Shown: piece after piece, positions 26,685 to 36,363 of the stretch
How positions within the stretch are numbered: the first letter of the stretch is position 1
Layout of the letters: each line of letters opens with the position of its first letter
NCBI GenBank assembly: GCA_002796125.1
Contig: PCWA01000075.1
Coordinates: 10,317 to 74,316, forward strand
From: Candidatus Ghiorseimicrobium undicola
GTDB taxonomy: Bacteria; Omnitrophota; Gorgyraeia; Ghiorseimicrobiales; Ghiorseimicrobiaceae
Direction: 5' to 3'
DNA: 64,000 nt
Position numbers and translations under genes: made by a program
The notes under the pieces: generated by a model
What the model saw: the letters and a program-made list of their open reading frames with translations, nothing else
The model's database searches: none
Told to the model about the DNA's origin: nothing

Positions 26685-28391
26685 TTAAATTAAATCCTCT
26701 TCCAAAAATCTATTTAAAATTTCTTTGACTATAGAGCAAGCGACGCTGCTGCTGCCTGCGTGTTCAATAAATACGCAAAAGGCGATTTTTGGTTTATCAG
26801 CCGGCGCAAACCCGACAAACCAGCCATGCGAAGCCTTATTAAAAACCTGCGCCGTTCCGGTTTTGCCTGCTACGGCTAAGCCCGGAATATCCAACATGCC
26901 TGCTGTACCCTGAGGATCTTTCACCGCCTCTAACAATGCCCGTTTTAAAAAATACAAATATTTTTTATTAATACGAAGTTTTTGCGGGCCGGCCTTTTTC
27001 GAGGCGCGCTTATCACCTATTTTCTCAACCAGGTAAGGGTCCACTAACAAGCCGTCATTGGCAAATACACAAACTAAACGCAGCATCTGAATCGGGGTTA
27101 CCAATAAATCACCCTGCCCGATAGAAAAATTTACTGTATCACCCTTATACCAACGCTCACCCTTTTTCAATTTCCAGTTTACGGTCGGCACAAATCCATT
27201 TTTCTCTTGGGGTAAATCTATACCGGTGGGATGGGCCAGTGAAAATTTAAAAGCGCTTGCCGATAACGCTTCCGGGCCGGCTAATAAGCCGGCGTTATAA
27301 AAGAAAATATCACAGGAATAAGCTACGGCTTTGGCTAAGTCTACTGGGCCATGCCTGGCCCAGCATTTAAAGTCCCTGCCGCCCACACGCATTTTTCCGT
27401 CACAAACAAATGTGGTATGCTCAGAAATCTTTTTAGACTCAAGGGCCGCTAACGCGGTAACCAGCTTAAATACGGACGCAGGCGGATACAAGCCGCTGAT
27501 AGCACGGTTTACAAACGGCGCATCAGCATTATTAAGCAGGCGCACTATATTTCTTCTATCATTACGCACAAACAAAGACGGATCATAAGCAGGGTGGCTG
27601 GCCATCGCCAAAATCGCCCCGCTCAATGGATTCATGATAATGACACACCCTGCTTTATCGCCTAAAGCGCTGCTGGCGATACGCTGCATATCTAAATCTA
27701 TAGTTAAAGTTATGTCCGTGCCTTTTTCCGGAACGCGCACGCCCAATAATCTAACCATGCGCCCCTTATTATCAACTTCTATTTGCATGCCTCCTTTTCT
27801 AAACCTTAAAAAAAGCTCGTAAGCTTCTTCCAAGCCGGAATAGCCGATGATATCCCTCATCTTATAACCATAAGGCTTAAGCTTATCTATTCGCGCCTGG
27901 TCAGCCTCCCGTAAATAGCCGATGATATGCGATAAATCATCTCCATAAGGATACCTTCTCTCTGTTTTGGCCTGCACGATCAGTCCCTGTAATTTATATT
28001 TATTCTCCGCTAAAGACAATGCTTCTTTTTTGGAAAGGTCCCCCTTGACTGTCACGGGTGCAAAAGGGGCAATGTATCCGCGTTTATATACCGACTGCAA
28101 ATTACTTTTGTCTTCTTTTAAAATCCTGGCCAGCTCAGTAAAAACTTTTTCTTTATCCGATAATTCTTGCGGTATAATGCTGGCAGAAAAGGACAATACG
28201 CTGTCAACCAAGACTCTTCCCTGGTTATCTAATATGTTGCCGCGGGCGGCTTCCTGAGGCACTATTCTTATGCGGTTCTTCTGGCTTAACCCATGATAAA
28301 AATCCCCTCTTATTATCTGGGTATAAAATAAACAGGAAAAAACGATAAGAAGAATTAAAACGATTATCCGAAAGAATATCCTGATTCGCAT
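26685..28391 (-). CDS. mrdA: penicillin-binding protein 2 (elongasome transpeptidase)
   Basis: N-terminal TM, dimerisation domain, and transpeptidase motifs SVFK and KTGTA. Confidence 0.85.
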   Translation of the reverse strand: MRIRIFFRIIVLILLIVFSCLFYTQIIRGDFYHGLSQKNRIRIVPQEAARGNILDNQGRVLVDSVLSFSASIIPQELSDKEKVFTELARILKEDKSNLQSVYKRGYIAPFAPVTVKGDLSKKEALSLAENKYKLQGLIVQAKTERRYPYGDDLSHIIGYLREADQARIDKLKPYGYKMRDIIGYSGLEEAYELFLRFRKGGMQIEVDNKGRMVRLLGVRVPEKGTDITLTIDLDMQRIASSALGDKAGCVIIMNPLSGAILAMASHPAYDPSLFVRNDRRNIVRLLNNADAPFVNRAISGLYPPASVFKLVTALAALESKKISEHTTFVCDGKMRVGGRDFKCWARHGPVDLAKAVAYSCDIFFYNAGLLAGPEALSASAFKFSLAHPTGIDLPQEKNGFVPTVNWKLKKGERWYKGDTVNFSIGQGDLLVTPIQMLRLVCVFANDGLLVDPYLVEKIGDKRASKKAGPQKLRINKKYLYFLKRALLEAVKDPQGTAGMLDIPGLAVAGKTGTAQVFNKASHGWFVGFAPADKPKIAFCVFIEHAGSSSVACSIVKEILNRFLEEDLI

Positions 28392-28418
28392 TTATAATCC
28401 CTAATTCGAAAACCGCGC

Positions 28419-28892
28419 TCAGACAAAAAGCCCTCTGGCGGCTTTTTTAAAAACGTCAAACAAAATATAAGCGAATAAAATATTATAGATAACTTCTACA
28501 AATAGAGTCAGAAATAAAAATCTTCCGGCAGCAAAATTTCCCTTAATCATCAAAGAGTTTAATAAGATATGCAGCAGAAAATCGCCTATGGTAGCCAGGA
28601 CTACAATTAAAAGATAAAGAACCCGGTTGTCTTTATATAAATGCTTATTGATTCTATCGGAAATTAAAACCCATAGGGTAAAATAAAAAATGTTGGCGCC
28701 AAACGGGGCTGAGGAAACGGCATCTTTTAACATGCCGCATAAAAAGGCGATAAATAATGCTTTCTTAAGGCCGAACAGGCCCGCAAAAACTACAAGGATT
28801 AAAAAAATATCCGGGCGGACATTAAAAAGAAATAAATTTGGAGGTAAAACAATACCAAAAACTAAACAGAGCAATATATATAATATTATCAT
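28419..28892 (-). CDS. mreD: rod shape-determining protein MreD
   Basis: 157-aa polytopic membrane protein in the canonical position after mreC. Confidence 0.6.
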   Translation of the reverse strand: MIILYILLCLVFGIVLPPNLFLFNVRPDIFLILVVFAGLFGLKKALFIAFLCGMLKDAVSSAPFGANIFYFTLWVLISDRINKHLYKDNRVLYLLIVVLATIGDFLLHILLNSLMIKGNFAAGRFLFLTLFVEVIYNILFAYILFDVFKKAARGLFV

Positions 28893-28932
28893 GGATAATA
28901 AACAACAACATAAATCGCGAGGGGAAATTCTT

Positions 28933-29718
28933 TTATTTAAGTACCGCTACTTCCTCCAGGATAGAAAGCTTGACTTTAGGACGGATTATTGCTTGAGCGC
29001 TCACGCCGTCCTCTTCTTTGTGTACGCTAATAACCTCCCCTATAACTATGCCTTTTTCATAATCGTTATCCAGGCCCAAAGTAAGAATCAAATCGCCTTC
29101 TCTAATATCCGAATCTGATGCTAAATAGCGCATAAGGCATCTTCCCAATAACGTTCCCGAGATAACGCCTGTTTCCCTGGAACGCTGATCAAATGCCGCT
29201 ATGTTTAAATTCGGGTCGGTTATAAGCATAACTCTGCTTGTATTCTTAGAAACATCAATAACCCTGCCTGCCAAACCCAGCTCTGTAATAACTAATTTTC
29301 CGTCTTTTATCCCGTCATTAAGGCCTTTATTAATAATCAGGCTGTTGGCCCAATTAGAGGCATCGCGGCAAATCACCCGCGCGGCAATCGTCGTTAAATC
29401 AGTATTTTGCTTAAATGAAAGCAGCTTTCTAAGGCGGGCATTTTCAAGATCTAACTCACGCGCCCTGATAAACCCTTGCTTTAATGATTCATTTTCTTTT
29501 TCTAAAACCGCTGCTTTACGGTAATTTATGCGGTACGATAATAATGCCTTAACTTCATTGACAATAAAATTAACGGCATAAATCGGGAATTTAATCGCGC
29601 TGACTATTATTGGTTTTGGGGAAGGTAAAAATGAAAAATTAAAAATCAGAATTAATATTATCGCTAATATTAATAAGGTAAGTGTTTTCTTCTTGCGTTT
29701 AAAGTTAAATAATGGCAC
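28933..29718 (-). CDS. mreC: rod shape-determining protein MreC
   Basis: N-terminal TM, coiled coil, and beta-rich C-terminal domain. Downstream of mreB. Confidence 0.75.
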   Translation of the reverse strand: MPLFNFKRKKKTLTLLILAIILILIFNFSFLPSPKPIIVSAIKFPIYAVNFIVNEVKALLSYRINYRKAAVLEKENESLKQGFIRARELDLENARLRKLLSFKQNTDLTTIAARVICRDASNWANSLIINKGLNDGIKDGKLVITELGLAGRVIDVSKNTSRVMLITDPNLNIAAFDQRSRETGVISGTLLGRCLMRYLASDSDIREGDLILTLGLDNDYEKGIVIGEVISVHKEEDGVSAQAIIRPKVKLSILEEVAVLK

Positions 29719-29784
29719 CTATGAGTTCTCAAATTCAACGGCTCTTGGGTTCTCGAGTTCATGAAATCACTCAAGAACTCTATA

Positions 29785-30861
29785 TTATATTTCCTGTCGT
29801 TGAGGCACAGTTACACGCCTCAAGTATTTTATTTCGTTTAAAACTTTTCCCGTGCCTAATGCTACGGCGGTAGTCGGCTCGTCAGCAACGTGCACAGGAA
29901 GGCTTGTTTCTTCGGCTATCAGCTTATCTAAGCCGCGTAAAAGCGAACCGCCCCCAGCCATAACTATGCCATGATCTATCAAATCCGCCGATAATTCCGG
30001 CGGCGTTCTTTCAAGTGAAATTTTTATCGCTTCTATTATCGCCTGTATCGGCTCATGCAGCGCTTCCCTTACTTCTTCGGAAGAAATTGTAACCGCCTTA
30101 GGTAAGCCCGAAATCAAATCTCTTCCTTTAATATCCATGCTTAATTCGTCTTCCAAAGGAAAAGCCGAACCGATTTTCCACTTTATAGCTTCTGCTGTGC
30201 GCTCGCCAATCATTAAATTATATACTTTTTTGATATGCTCCACTATCGCCCCATCCATCTCATCTCCGCCGATACGTATGGATTTAGAAAAAACTATTCC
30301 GGCCAAGGAAATTACGGCGATCTCGGTCGTTCCTCCTCCTATATCTACAATCATATTTCCGGTGGGTTCCTGTATAGGAAGGCCGACACCGATGGCAGCA
30401 GCCATCGGCTCCTGCACTAAAAATATCTCCCTGGCTCCCGCGCGTTCGGCAGAATCTCTAACTGCCCGCTTTTCTACTTCGGTTATGCCGGAAGGTATAG
30501 CTATAACCATGCGCGGCCTGACCAATACTTTCCTATGATGAACCTTCTTTATAAAATACCTAAGCATTGCCTCGGTTATTTCAAAATCCGCTATTACGCC
30601 GTCTTTCATCGGCCTTATTGCCACTATATCCCCGGGCGTACGTCCCAGCATCCTTTTTGCCTCTTCTCCCACAGCAAGTACTTTAGGAGTCCCTTTTTGT
30701 ATAGCAACTACTGAGGGTTCGCACAAAACCACGCCGTCCCCCTTTACATAAACCAAGGTTGTGGCAGTGCCTAAATCTATGCCCATATCATTAGAAAAAA
30801 GACCTAATATATAATTCAGAGCTTTACGGACAATATCCATAACTGTTTTAAATTTAGGCAT
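29785..30861 (-). CDS. mreB: rod shape-determining actin homolog MreB
   Basis: ...[28 protein letters not shown]... actin-fold phosphate-1 motif. 358 aa. Confidence 0.9.
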   Translation of the reverse strand: MPKFKTVMDIVRKALNYILGLFSNDMGIDLGTATTLVYVKGDGVVLCEPSVVAIQKGTPKVLAVGEEAKRMLGRTPGDIVAIRPMKDGVIADFEITEAMLRYFIKKVHHRKVLVRPRMVIAIPSGITEVEKRAVRDSAERAGAREIFLVQEPMAAAIGVGLPIQEPTGNMIVDIGGGTTEIAVISLAGIVFSKSIRIGGDEMDGAIVEHIKKVYNLMIGERTAEAIKWKIGSAFPLEDELSMDIKGRDLISGLPKAVTISSEEVREALHEPIQAIIEAIKISLERTPPELSADLIDHGIVMAGGGSLLRGLDKLIAEETSLPVHVADEPTTAVALGTGKVLNEIKYLRRVTVPQRQEI

Positions 30862-30920
30862 TTTTATTTCTCCTCAAAATATAAAATAGACCTATTTTTA
30901 GGCCAAAATCGTGTCCTTAA

Positions 30921-30949
30921 TTTATACCAAAGCTTGATACTTATGTCAA
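30921..30949 (-). promoter_or_regulatory. Putative sigma70-type promoter for the mreBCD-mrdA-rodA operon
   Basis: On the minus strand: TTGACA, 17 nt, TATAAA(T). A GAGGAG RBS precedes the mreB ATG. Coordinates approximate. Confidence 0.4.
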
Positions 30950-31018
30950 TAGGAAAATTAAACGTTGACTTTAAAAATATTATATGTTATTTTTATGCAT
31001 ACGGAGGAAAATTTATCC

Positions 31019-32707
31019 ATGGACTTTAAAAAAATAAAATATCTTAGTAAACTTTATATCCAGCTATATTGGATACGGATCATCGTTATTACTCTAGCTG
31101 CCGGGCTGGTAATATCTCTGATTGTCTGTCTTAAATTAGGCATTAAGGCCTGGAATGAATCAGAATCATATCTCAGGCAATCACAGCTGGCAGTAATCCC
31201 TATACAAATATATCTTCAATTCATAATGGCATTTGTATTTGCAGGGGTATACGTAGTGCTATTACGATGGGTACTTTACAATAGAGGCTCAAGTTCTTTT
31301 ACGCAAACGCAGAAAAAAGCCTTATCCGGAAAAGACATCCGGGTGAAATGGGAAGATGTTATAGGTATGGATGAGGCCAAACAAGAAGCTCACGAAGTTG
31401 TCAACCTAATCCAAGACCGCGCAAGCGTTCAGCAAGTAGGCGGACAGATATTACGCGGACTCTTAATGCTGGGGCCTCCCGGATGCGGCAAAACTTATCT
31501 TGCCAAAGCTATAGCAACGGCAACAGACATCCCTTTTATATCCATGTCCGGCTCTGAATTTGTGGAAATGTTTGTAGGTGTTGGCGCCGGACGCGTGCGT
31601 AGTTTATTTAAACGCGCAAGGCTACTCTCACAATTTAAAGGTGCATGCATTATATTTATTGACGAGATAGATGCCCTGGGAGCCAGGCGTGCTTTAGATG
31701 CCGGATTCGGCGGAACTACTGAACATAATACCACGTTAAACCAATTACTTGTGGAGATGGATGGCCTAAAAGAAAAAGATACAAATATCGTAGTCATAGG
31801 CGCAACCAACCAAATGGAGAAACATTTAGACTCGGCCTTACTTCGCCCGGGCAGATTTGACAGAAAAATCTATGTTGATACACCCAATCTTGAAGACAGG
31901 CAAAAATTATTCGCTTATTATCTTAAAAAAATAAACTACGATGAAAATGATGTAAAAATAGAACGCCTGGCACGCATTACCGTTGGTTACAGTCCGGCAG
32001 AAATCGCTAATTTAATTAAGGAAGCGGCGCTTATCTGTGTACGCCACAAAAGGCAGCTCATCACAATGAAAGACATAGATGATGCCAGGGAAAGAATTGC
32101 GCTTGGCATAAAACGGAGAATTAAATACCGCGAAGAGGAAAAATGGCAAGTCGCCTATCATGAAGCAGGACATGCCATCATCACCTATCTGCTTGTACCC
32201 ACGCAGGACGTATTTAAAATAACCATAACGCCGCGCGGGCATACCGGCGGAGTAACATGGACGCCGGAACGCGAAGAAATATTCATCCGCGACCGGCATA
32301 AGCTCCTTGGGAGAATTAAAAGTTCTTTAGGCTCATATGCCGCCGAAAAGTTAAAATTAGGCATGACTACGGCAGGGGTGGATAGCGATTTTAGCTCAGC
32401 ACTCTATACCGCGCACAACATGGTTTATCGCTGGGGCATGGGAAAATCAGGCCTCTTGGGAAACTTTGATATGCTTAATTATTACTCCTACGATGGGAAA
32501 AATACACTCTCTGAAGAGATAAAAGGCCGGCTGGATAACGACGTCCAGGATATACTGCAAAACTGCATGACTGAAGTGGAAGGCGTACTAAAACAAGAAG
32601 AAAGCCTCCTTGACCGGCTTGCGAATGAATTAGTAACCAAGGAAGAACTTAATTATGACGAAATTGAGGCTATCTTTAAGGAATTCGGTAAGAATCGCGC
32701 TCAATAG
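31019..32707 (+). CDS. FtsH-family AAA+ zinc metalloprotease lacking a periplasmic domain
   Basis: Two closely spaced TM helices. AAA+ Walker A GPPGCGKT, Walker B IIFIDEIDALG, SRH region, and HEAGH zinc motif. The start is taken at the ATG with an upstream GGAGG. The track ORF starts at an upstream TTG (30965). Confidence 0.75.
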   Translation: MDFKKIKYLSKLYIQLYWIRIIVITLAAGLVISLIVCLKLGIKAWNESESYLRQSQLAVIPIQIYLQFIMAFVFAGVYVVLLRWVLYNRGSSSFTQTQKKALSGKDIRVKWEDVIGMDEAKQEAHEVVNLIQDRASVQQVGGQILRGLLMLGPPGCGKTYLAKAIATATDIPFISMSGSEFVEMFVGVGAGRVRSLFKRARLLSQFKGACIIFIDEIDALGARRALDAGFGGTTEHNTTLNQLLVEMDGLKEKDTNIVVIGATNQMEKHLDSALLRPGRFDRKIYVDTPNLEDRQKLFAYYLKKINYDENDVKIERLARITVGYSPAEIANLIKEAALICVRHKRQLITMKDIDDARERIALGIKRRIKYREEEKWQVAYHEAGHAIITYLLVPTQDVFKITITPRGHTGGVTWTPEREEIFIRDRHKLLGRIKSSLGSYAAEKLKLGMTTAGVDSDFSSALYTAHNMVYRWGMGKSGLLGNFDMLNYYSYDGKNTLSEEIKGRLDNDVQDILQNCMTEVEGVLKQEESLLDRLANELVTKEELNYDEIEAIFKEFGKNRAQ

Positions 32708-33548
32708 CCTCACCTGCCTCTTACTCGCCTGCCTTTGCGGCTGCTCCTCTTCCACAACTTCCACTTTTAGCCGCCAAAACATTACCCAATCAATTCAAGA
32801 TATCTGTAAAGAGGAGTACGCCTTAGACATTAAGGCCAAACTCGCAGGAGATACTCTTTGGATTTATATACCCGTTGAGGATATCCTTACAGAAACCGAT
32901 CCCCCGGTAAAATATACGGAAGAATTCAATATTGAAACAAACGAAAGTGAAATCAAAGACGGTTTAGTAAAAGTCAATTACAATATCAAGCCTGTTCCTA
33001 AAATAGAAAAATACCAGGAAAAAAAATACAACGAGAAGGTTATTGAGAAGATTAATAACGTAATGATAGTCCTGCGCCGGGTAATCTTCAGCATGGAGCG
33101 CAAGAAAAGCAAAGAACCCGCCTTTTACAGCATAATAGCCGCTGATATAAAAAATGGCCTTATTATGTGGAGCACCTTGTATTATCTTGACTTAAAAAAA
33201 GTATCTTATGGATTTATATCATGGACAGAATACCAGCATCGCAACATCAGCGATATAGTTATGGCGCCGCAGGTAAAAGATGATAAGGAAGGAAAAAATA
33301 TTCAATATTCCGACATAACCCTTGAAGAATTTATCGCAGCCCAAATAAGCCACCGTATAAAACTTAAATTTCAGAAACCGGAAGTAGATGAGAATGCCGA
33401 TATTGACAAAGAGATACGTAAAATAATCACTACTACTTTAAAAATATACGGCTTTAGTGATTTTTATGAAGCGCAGCTATATAACTCCTTAACCAAAAAT
33501 AAAATAATCATAAACCGCAAAGCGGTACTAGAACACTCTACAGAATAA
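32655..33548 (+). CDS. predicted lipoprotein, unknown function
   Basis: Positively charged N-region, hydrophobic stretch and a Cys-rich lipobox-like LLACLCGC. Lys/Glu-rich mature part. Overlaps the end of the FtsH-like gene. Confidence 0.45.
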   Translation: MTKLRLSLRNSVRIALNSLTCLLLACLCGCSSSTTSTFSRQNITQSIQDICKEEYALDIKAKLAGDTLWIYIPVEDILTETDPPVKYTEEFNIETNESEIKDGLVKVNYNIKPVPKIEKYQEKKYNEKVIEKINNVMIVLRRVIFSMERKKSKEPAFYSIIAADIKNGLIMWSTLYYLDLKKVSYGFISWTEYQHRNISDIVMAPQVKDDKEGKNIQYSDITLEEFIAAQISHRIKLKFQKPEVDENADIDKEIRKIITTTLKIYGFSDFYEAQLYNSLTKNKIIINRKAVLEHSTE

Positions 33549-34137
33549 CAACTTTTCTATTTTCTATCTTAAATCTATTTTCAGCCAGCAGGCCAATAGC
33601 TTTAGGATAAATTTTATGTTCAAGCCTGTGTATCTTCTTCTCTAGTATTTCCAAGCTGTCTTTCTCTTCTATTTTTACCGGCTCCTGCATTATTATCGGC
33701 CCGTTATCGATTTTCTCATCCACAAAATGCACAGTCACGCCTGTCAGTTTTACGCCGTAATCAAGGGCGTCCTTTATAGCGGAAGCACCTTTAAAAGACG
33801 GAAGCAATGCCGGATGAATATTTATAATTTTATCTTTATACGCGCTTATCAAATTAGGGCCTAATATAAGCATAAAACCTGCCAAAACTACCAGGTCAAC
33901 ATTATTTTGCTTTAGCTGATCAATAACTTCGGCTTCAAAACTTTTTTTATCCGGAAAATCTTTCGGCGTTATTATTACAACTTTTACCCCCGCCCTCCTT
34001 GCCCTGCTTATCGCCGGCGCTTTCGGATTATCAGTTACCATCAAGGCAATATTGACCTTAAGGCTTCCTTTCTTAACCTGCCTGATAATGGCGGATAAAT
34101 TAGTGCCTTTTCCCGAAGCAAAGACAGCAATATTCAT
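33538..34137 (-). CDS. purN: phosphoribosylglycinamide formyltransferase
   Basis: MNIAVFASGKGTNLSAII... with the formyl-transferase core and conserved HPSLLP-type region (HPALLPSFKG). Confidence 0.85.
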   Translation of the reverse strand: MNIAVFASGKGTNLSAIIRQVKKGSLKVNIALMVTDNPKAPAISRARRAGVKVVIITPKDFPDKKSFEAEVIDQLKQNNVDLVVLAGFMLILGPNLISAYKDKIINIHPALLPSFKGASAIKDALDYGVKLTGVTVHFVDEKIDNGPIIMQEPVKIEEKDSLEILEKKIHRLEHKIYPKAIGLLAENRFKIENRKVVIL

Positions 34138-34153
34138 AAATTAATTCTCCTTT

Positions 34154-34252
34154 AAAAAATAGGGACACATCCTATTTATTGCGAATTTTTATGTTAGGTA
34201 GCTATTCTAAAATGATAAGTAGATAAAGAAAATAGGATGTGTCCCTATTTTT
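34154..34252. repeat. Perfect 24-bp inverted repeat (AAAAAATAGGGACACATCCTATTT / rc) separated by about 51 bp
   Basis: Seen directly. The right arm overlaps the rnfB stop. On the coding strand it is followed by a T-run and then the purN RBS AGGAGA. Confidence 0.75.
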
Positions 34253-35045
34253 CTCGTTTCGCGATTGCTTTCGTCGGGCAAACCGTAAAGCAAACACCCG
34301 CGTTCTTACACTTGGAATAATCAAAAACCGCTAAATTATTTTTTATCTCTATTGCTTTATGCGGGCAGGAATTAGCACATTTACGGCAGGCAATACAGCC
34401 GACCTTGCACACACTCATTACTTTTTTACCTAAATCCAATGATGAACAATTCGTATAATACGGTTTATCTGCCGCTATAAGGCTAAACAAATTTTTAGGG
34501 CATATTGCCACGCATTTCCCGCAAGCAGTACATTTATTCTCGTCTACTACGGGCAATTCTTCCTCTCCCATTGTAATCGCGCCGAACGGACATACTCTAC
34601 TGCAGTCACCAAAACCAAGGCATCCATATAAACAGGCCTTATGCCCGCCCATAATAAGATTGGATGCGGCACAAGTTTTAATGCCGTCATAAATAAACCT
34701 GCCCTTTACTTTCCTGCCCCCTCCACAATGAAGCACGGCTGCGGTTTTTATCTTTTCTTTTAACGCAACGCCCAAGATTTTAGAAATTTCCCGTCTTTCT
34801 TCGTCCTCAGTAGCAACGCAGGAATTAACGCTGGCCTCTCCCTGTATAAGGCTTTCCGCAAAACCAATGCAGCCGGGCTTGCCGCAAGCGCCGCAATTTG
34901 CCCCGGGCAGGCATTTAATTATTCCCGTAAGCCTGGGGTCTTCGGCAACGCAAAACTTTTTTGAAGCAAAGGCCAGGCCCAGGCCAAATAAAATACCCAA
35001 TGAACTTAACACTATAATAGGTAATATAATTTCCATCATTCTCAA
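34245..35045 (-). CDS. rnfB: Rnf electron transport complex subunit B
   Basis: N-terminal TM, CxxCxxxxC cluster, and two 4Fe-4S ferredoxin motifs. Confidence 0.85.
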   Translation of the reverse strand: MRMMEIILPIIVLSSLGILFGLGLAFASKKFCVAEDPRLTGIIKCLPGANCGACGKPGCIGFAESLIQGEASVNSCVATEDEERREISKILGVALKEKIKTAAVLHCGGGRKVKGRFIYDGIKTCAASNLIMGGHKACLYGCLGFGDCSRVCPFGAITMGEEELPVVDENKCTACGKCVAICPKNLFSLIAADKPYYTNCSSLDLGKKVMSVCKVGCIACRKCANSCPHKAIEIKNNLAVFDYSKCKNAGVCFTVCPTKAIAKREK

Positions 35046-35097
35046 AATGGTTCAACCTTTAAATTCGGCCAGATGCGCCTACGGCGGATGGCCTCAT

Positions 35098-35706
35098 TTA
35101 GAACCTAAAACCTCCGAATCCCATAAAAGCCAGGCTCATCAGACTTGCCACGACAAAAGCGATAGGAATGCCTTTCATGCTTTCGGGAATATCCAATAAA
35201 TCCAGGCGCTCTCTTATCGCTGACATTAAAATTAACGCTAATGTAAAACCCAGTCCGGCAAACACGCTTTGCGCCAGCCCCAGGAGAAAACTCCCAGCTA
35301 CCGCGTGATTATCTTTAAAAAATTCATTTGTATTTAATAAGGTTACTCCCAGAATAGCGCAATTCGTAGTTATCAATGGAAGGTATATTCCCAGCGCCCG
35401 GTATAAAGCGACGCTTACCTTGCGTATTACCATTTCCACAAACTGAACGAAAGCGGCAATCACCAGAATAAAGGTAATCGTTCTTAAATAGGTAATTTCA
35501 AATGGAATAAGCACATAATTATACAAAAGCCACGTAATTACCGATGAGGCTGCCATAACAAAAGTAACGGCAATACCCATGCTGATAGCCGGTTTTGTTT
35601 CGCGCGAGACGCCGATGAAAGGGCACATCCCCAAAAACTTAGAGAGAATAAAATTATTGATGAAAACCATGCTGATGATAATCATTATTAATCTGCCTAA
35701 GTCCAT
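35098..35706 (-). CDS. rnfA: Rnf complex subunit A
   Basis: Polytopic NqrE/RnfA family protein (...NNFILSKFLGMCPFIGVS). Confidence 0.85.
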   Translation of the reverse strand: MDLGRLIMIIISMVFINNFILSKFLGMCPFIGVSRETKPAISMGIAVTFVMAASSVITWLLYNYVLIPFEITYLRTITFILVIAAFVQFVEMVIRKVSVALYRALGIYLPLITTNCAILGVTLLNTNEFFKDNHAVAGSFLLGLAQSVFAGLGFTLALILMSAIRERLDLLDIPESMKGIPIAFVVASLMSLAFMGFGGFRF

Positions 35707-35710
35707 CGCT

Positions 35711-36304
35711 TTATCCTTTATTGCTGCTTTTTAATTTCATAAAAGCAATTACGAATCCCAGGGTCAACAGCGCTCCGGGTGCAAGTATCATCACAGACGC
35801 CGGCTCATAGCCCTTTATTAAAACAAACCCGAAAATCTTGCCTGCTCCCAAAATCTCGCGTATGGAAGATATTATTAAAAGCGCCAGCGTAAAGCCGCAC
35901 CCCATGCCTAAAGCGTCAAATGCCGAATGCAGAATATTACGCTTGGAAGCAAAGGCCTCCGCCCTTCCCAAAACAATACAGTTTACCACTATCAAAGGGA
36001 CAAAAATCCCCAGGGATTTATTTAGCGCGGGAAAATATGCTTTCAAAAGCATCTCTACAATTGTTACAAATGTCGCGATAACCACGATAAAACAGGGAAT
36101 GCGAATTTTATCCGGAATAACCTTGCGCAATGATGAAACAATAATGTTTGAGCCAAAAAGAACAAATGTCGCAGCAGCACCCATCCCTATGGCGTTTATG
36201 GCGGAGACCGATACCGCAAGCGTAGGACATAACCCTAACGCCAAAACCAAAACAGGATTTTCCTTTAGCAAACCTTTATTGAATTCCGGTATTATTTTTC
36301 TCAT
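35711..36304 (-). CDS. rnfE: Rnf complex subunit E
   Basis: NqrD/RnfE family membrane protein. Operon position. Confidence 0.85.
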   Translation of the reverse strand: MRKIIPEFNKGLLKENPVLVLALGLCPTLAVSVSAINAIGMGAAATFVLFGSNIIVSSLRKVIPDKIRIPCFIVVIATFVTIVEMLLKAYFPALNKSLGIFVPLIVVNCIVLGRAEAFASKRNILHSAFDALGMGCGFTLALLIISSIREILGAGKIFGFVLIKGYEPASVMILAPGALLTLGFVIAFMKLKSSNKG

Positions 36305-36313
36305 CTAATGAGG

Positions 36314-36363
36314 CCATAACTTATGGAGCTCGAAGAGCGACATAAGTTATTTGGCCGAATTAC
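36314..36363. repeat. Hairpin repeat family C unit (ATAACTTATGGAGCTCGAAGAGCGACATAAGTTAT + TTGGCCGAATTAC) between the rnfD stop and the rnfE start
   Basis: Seen directly. Related units at 39379-39650, 58023-58131 and 63564-63606. Confidence 0.7.
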
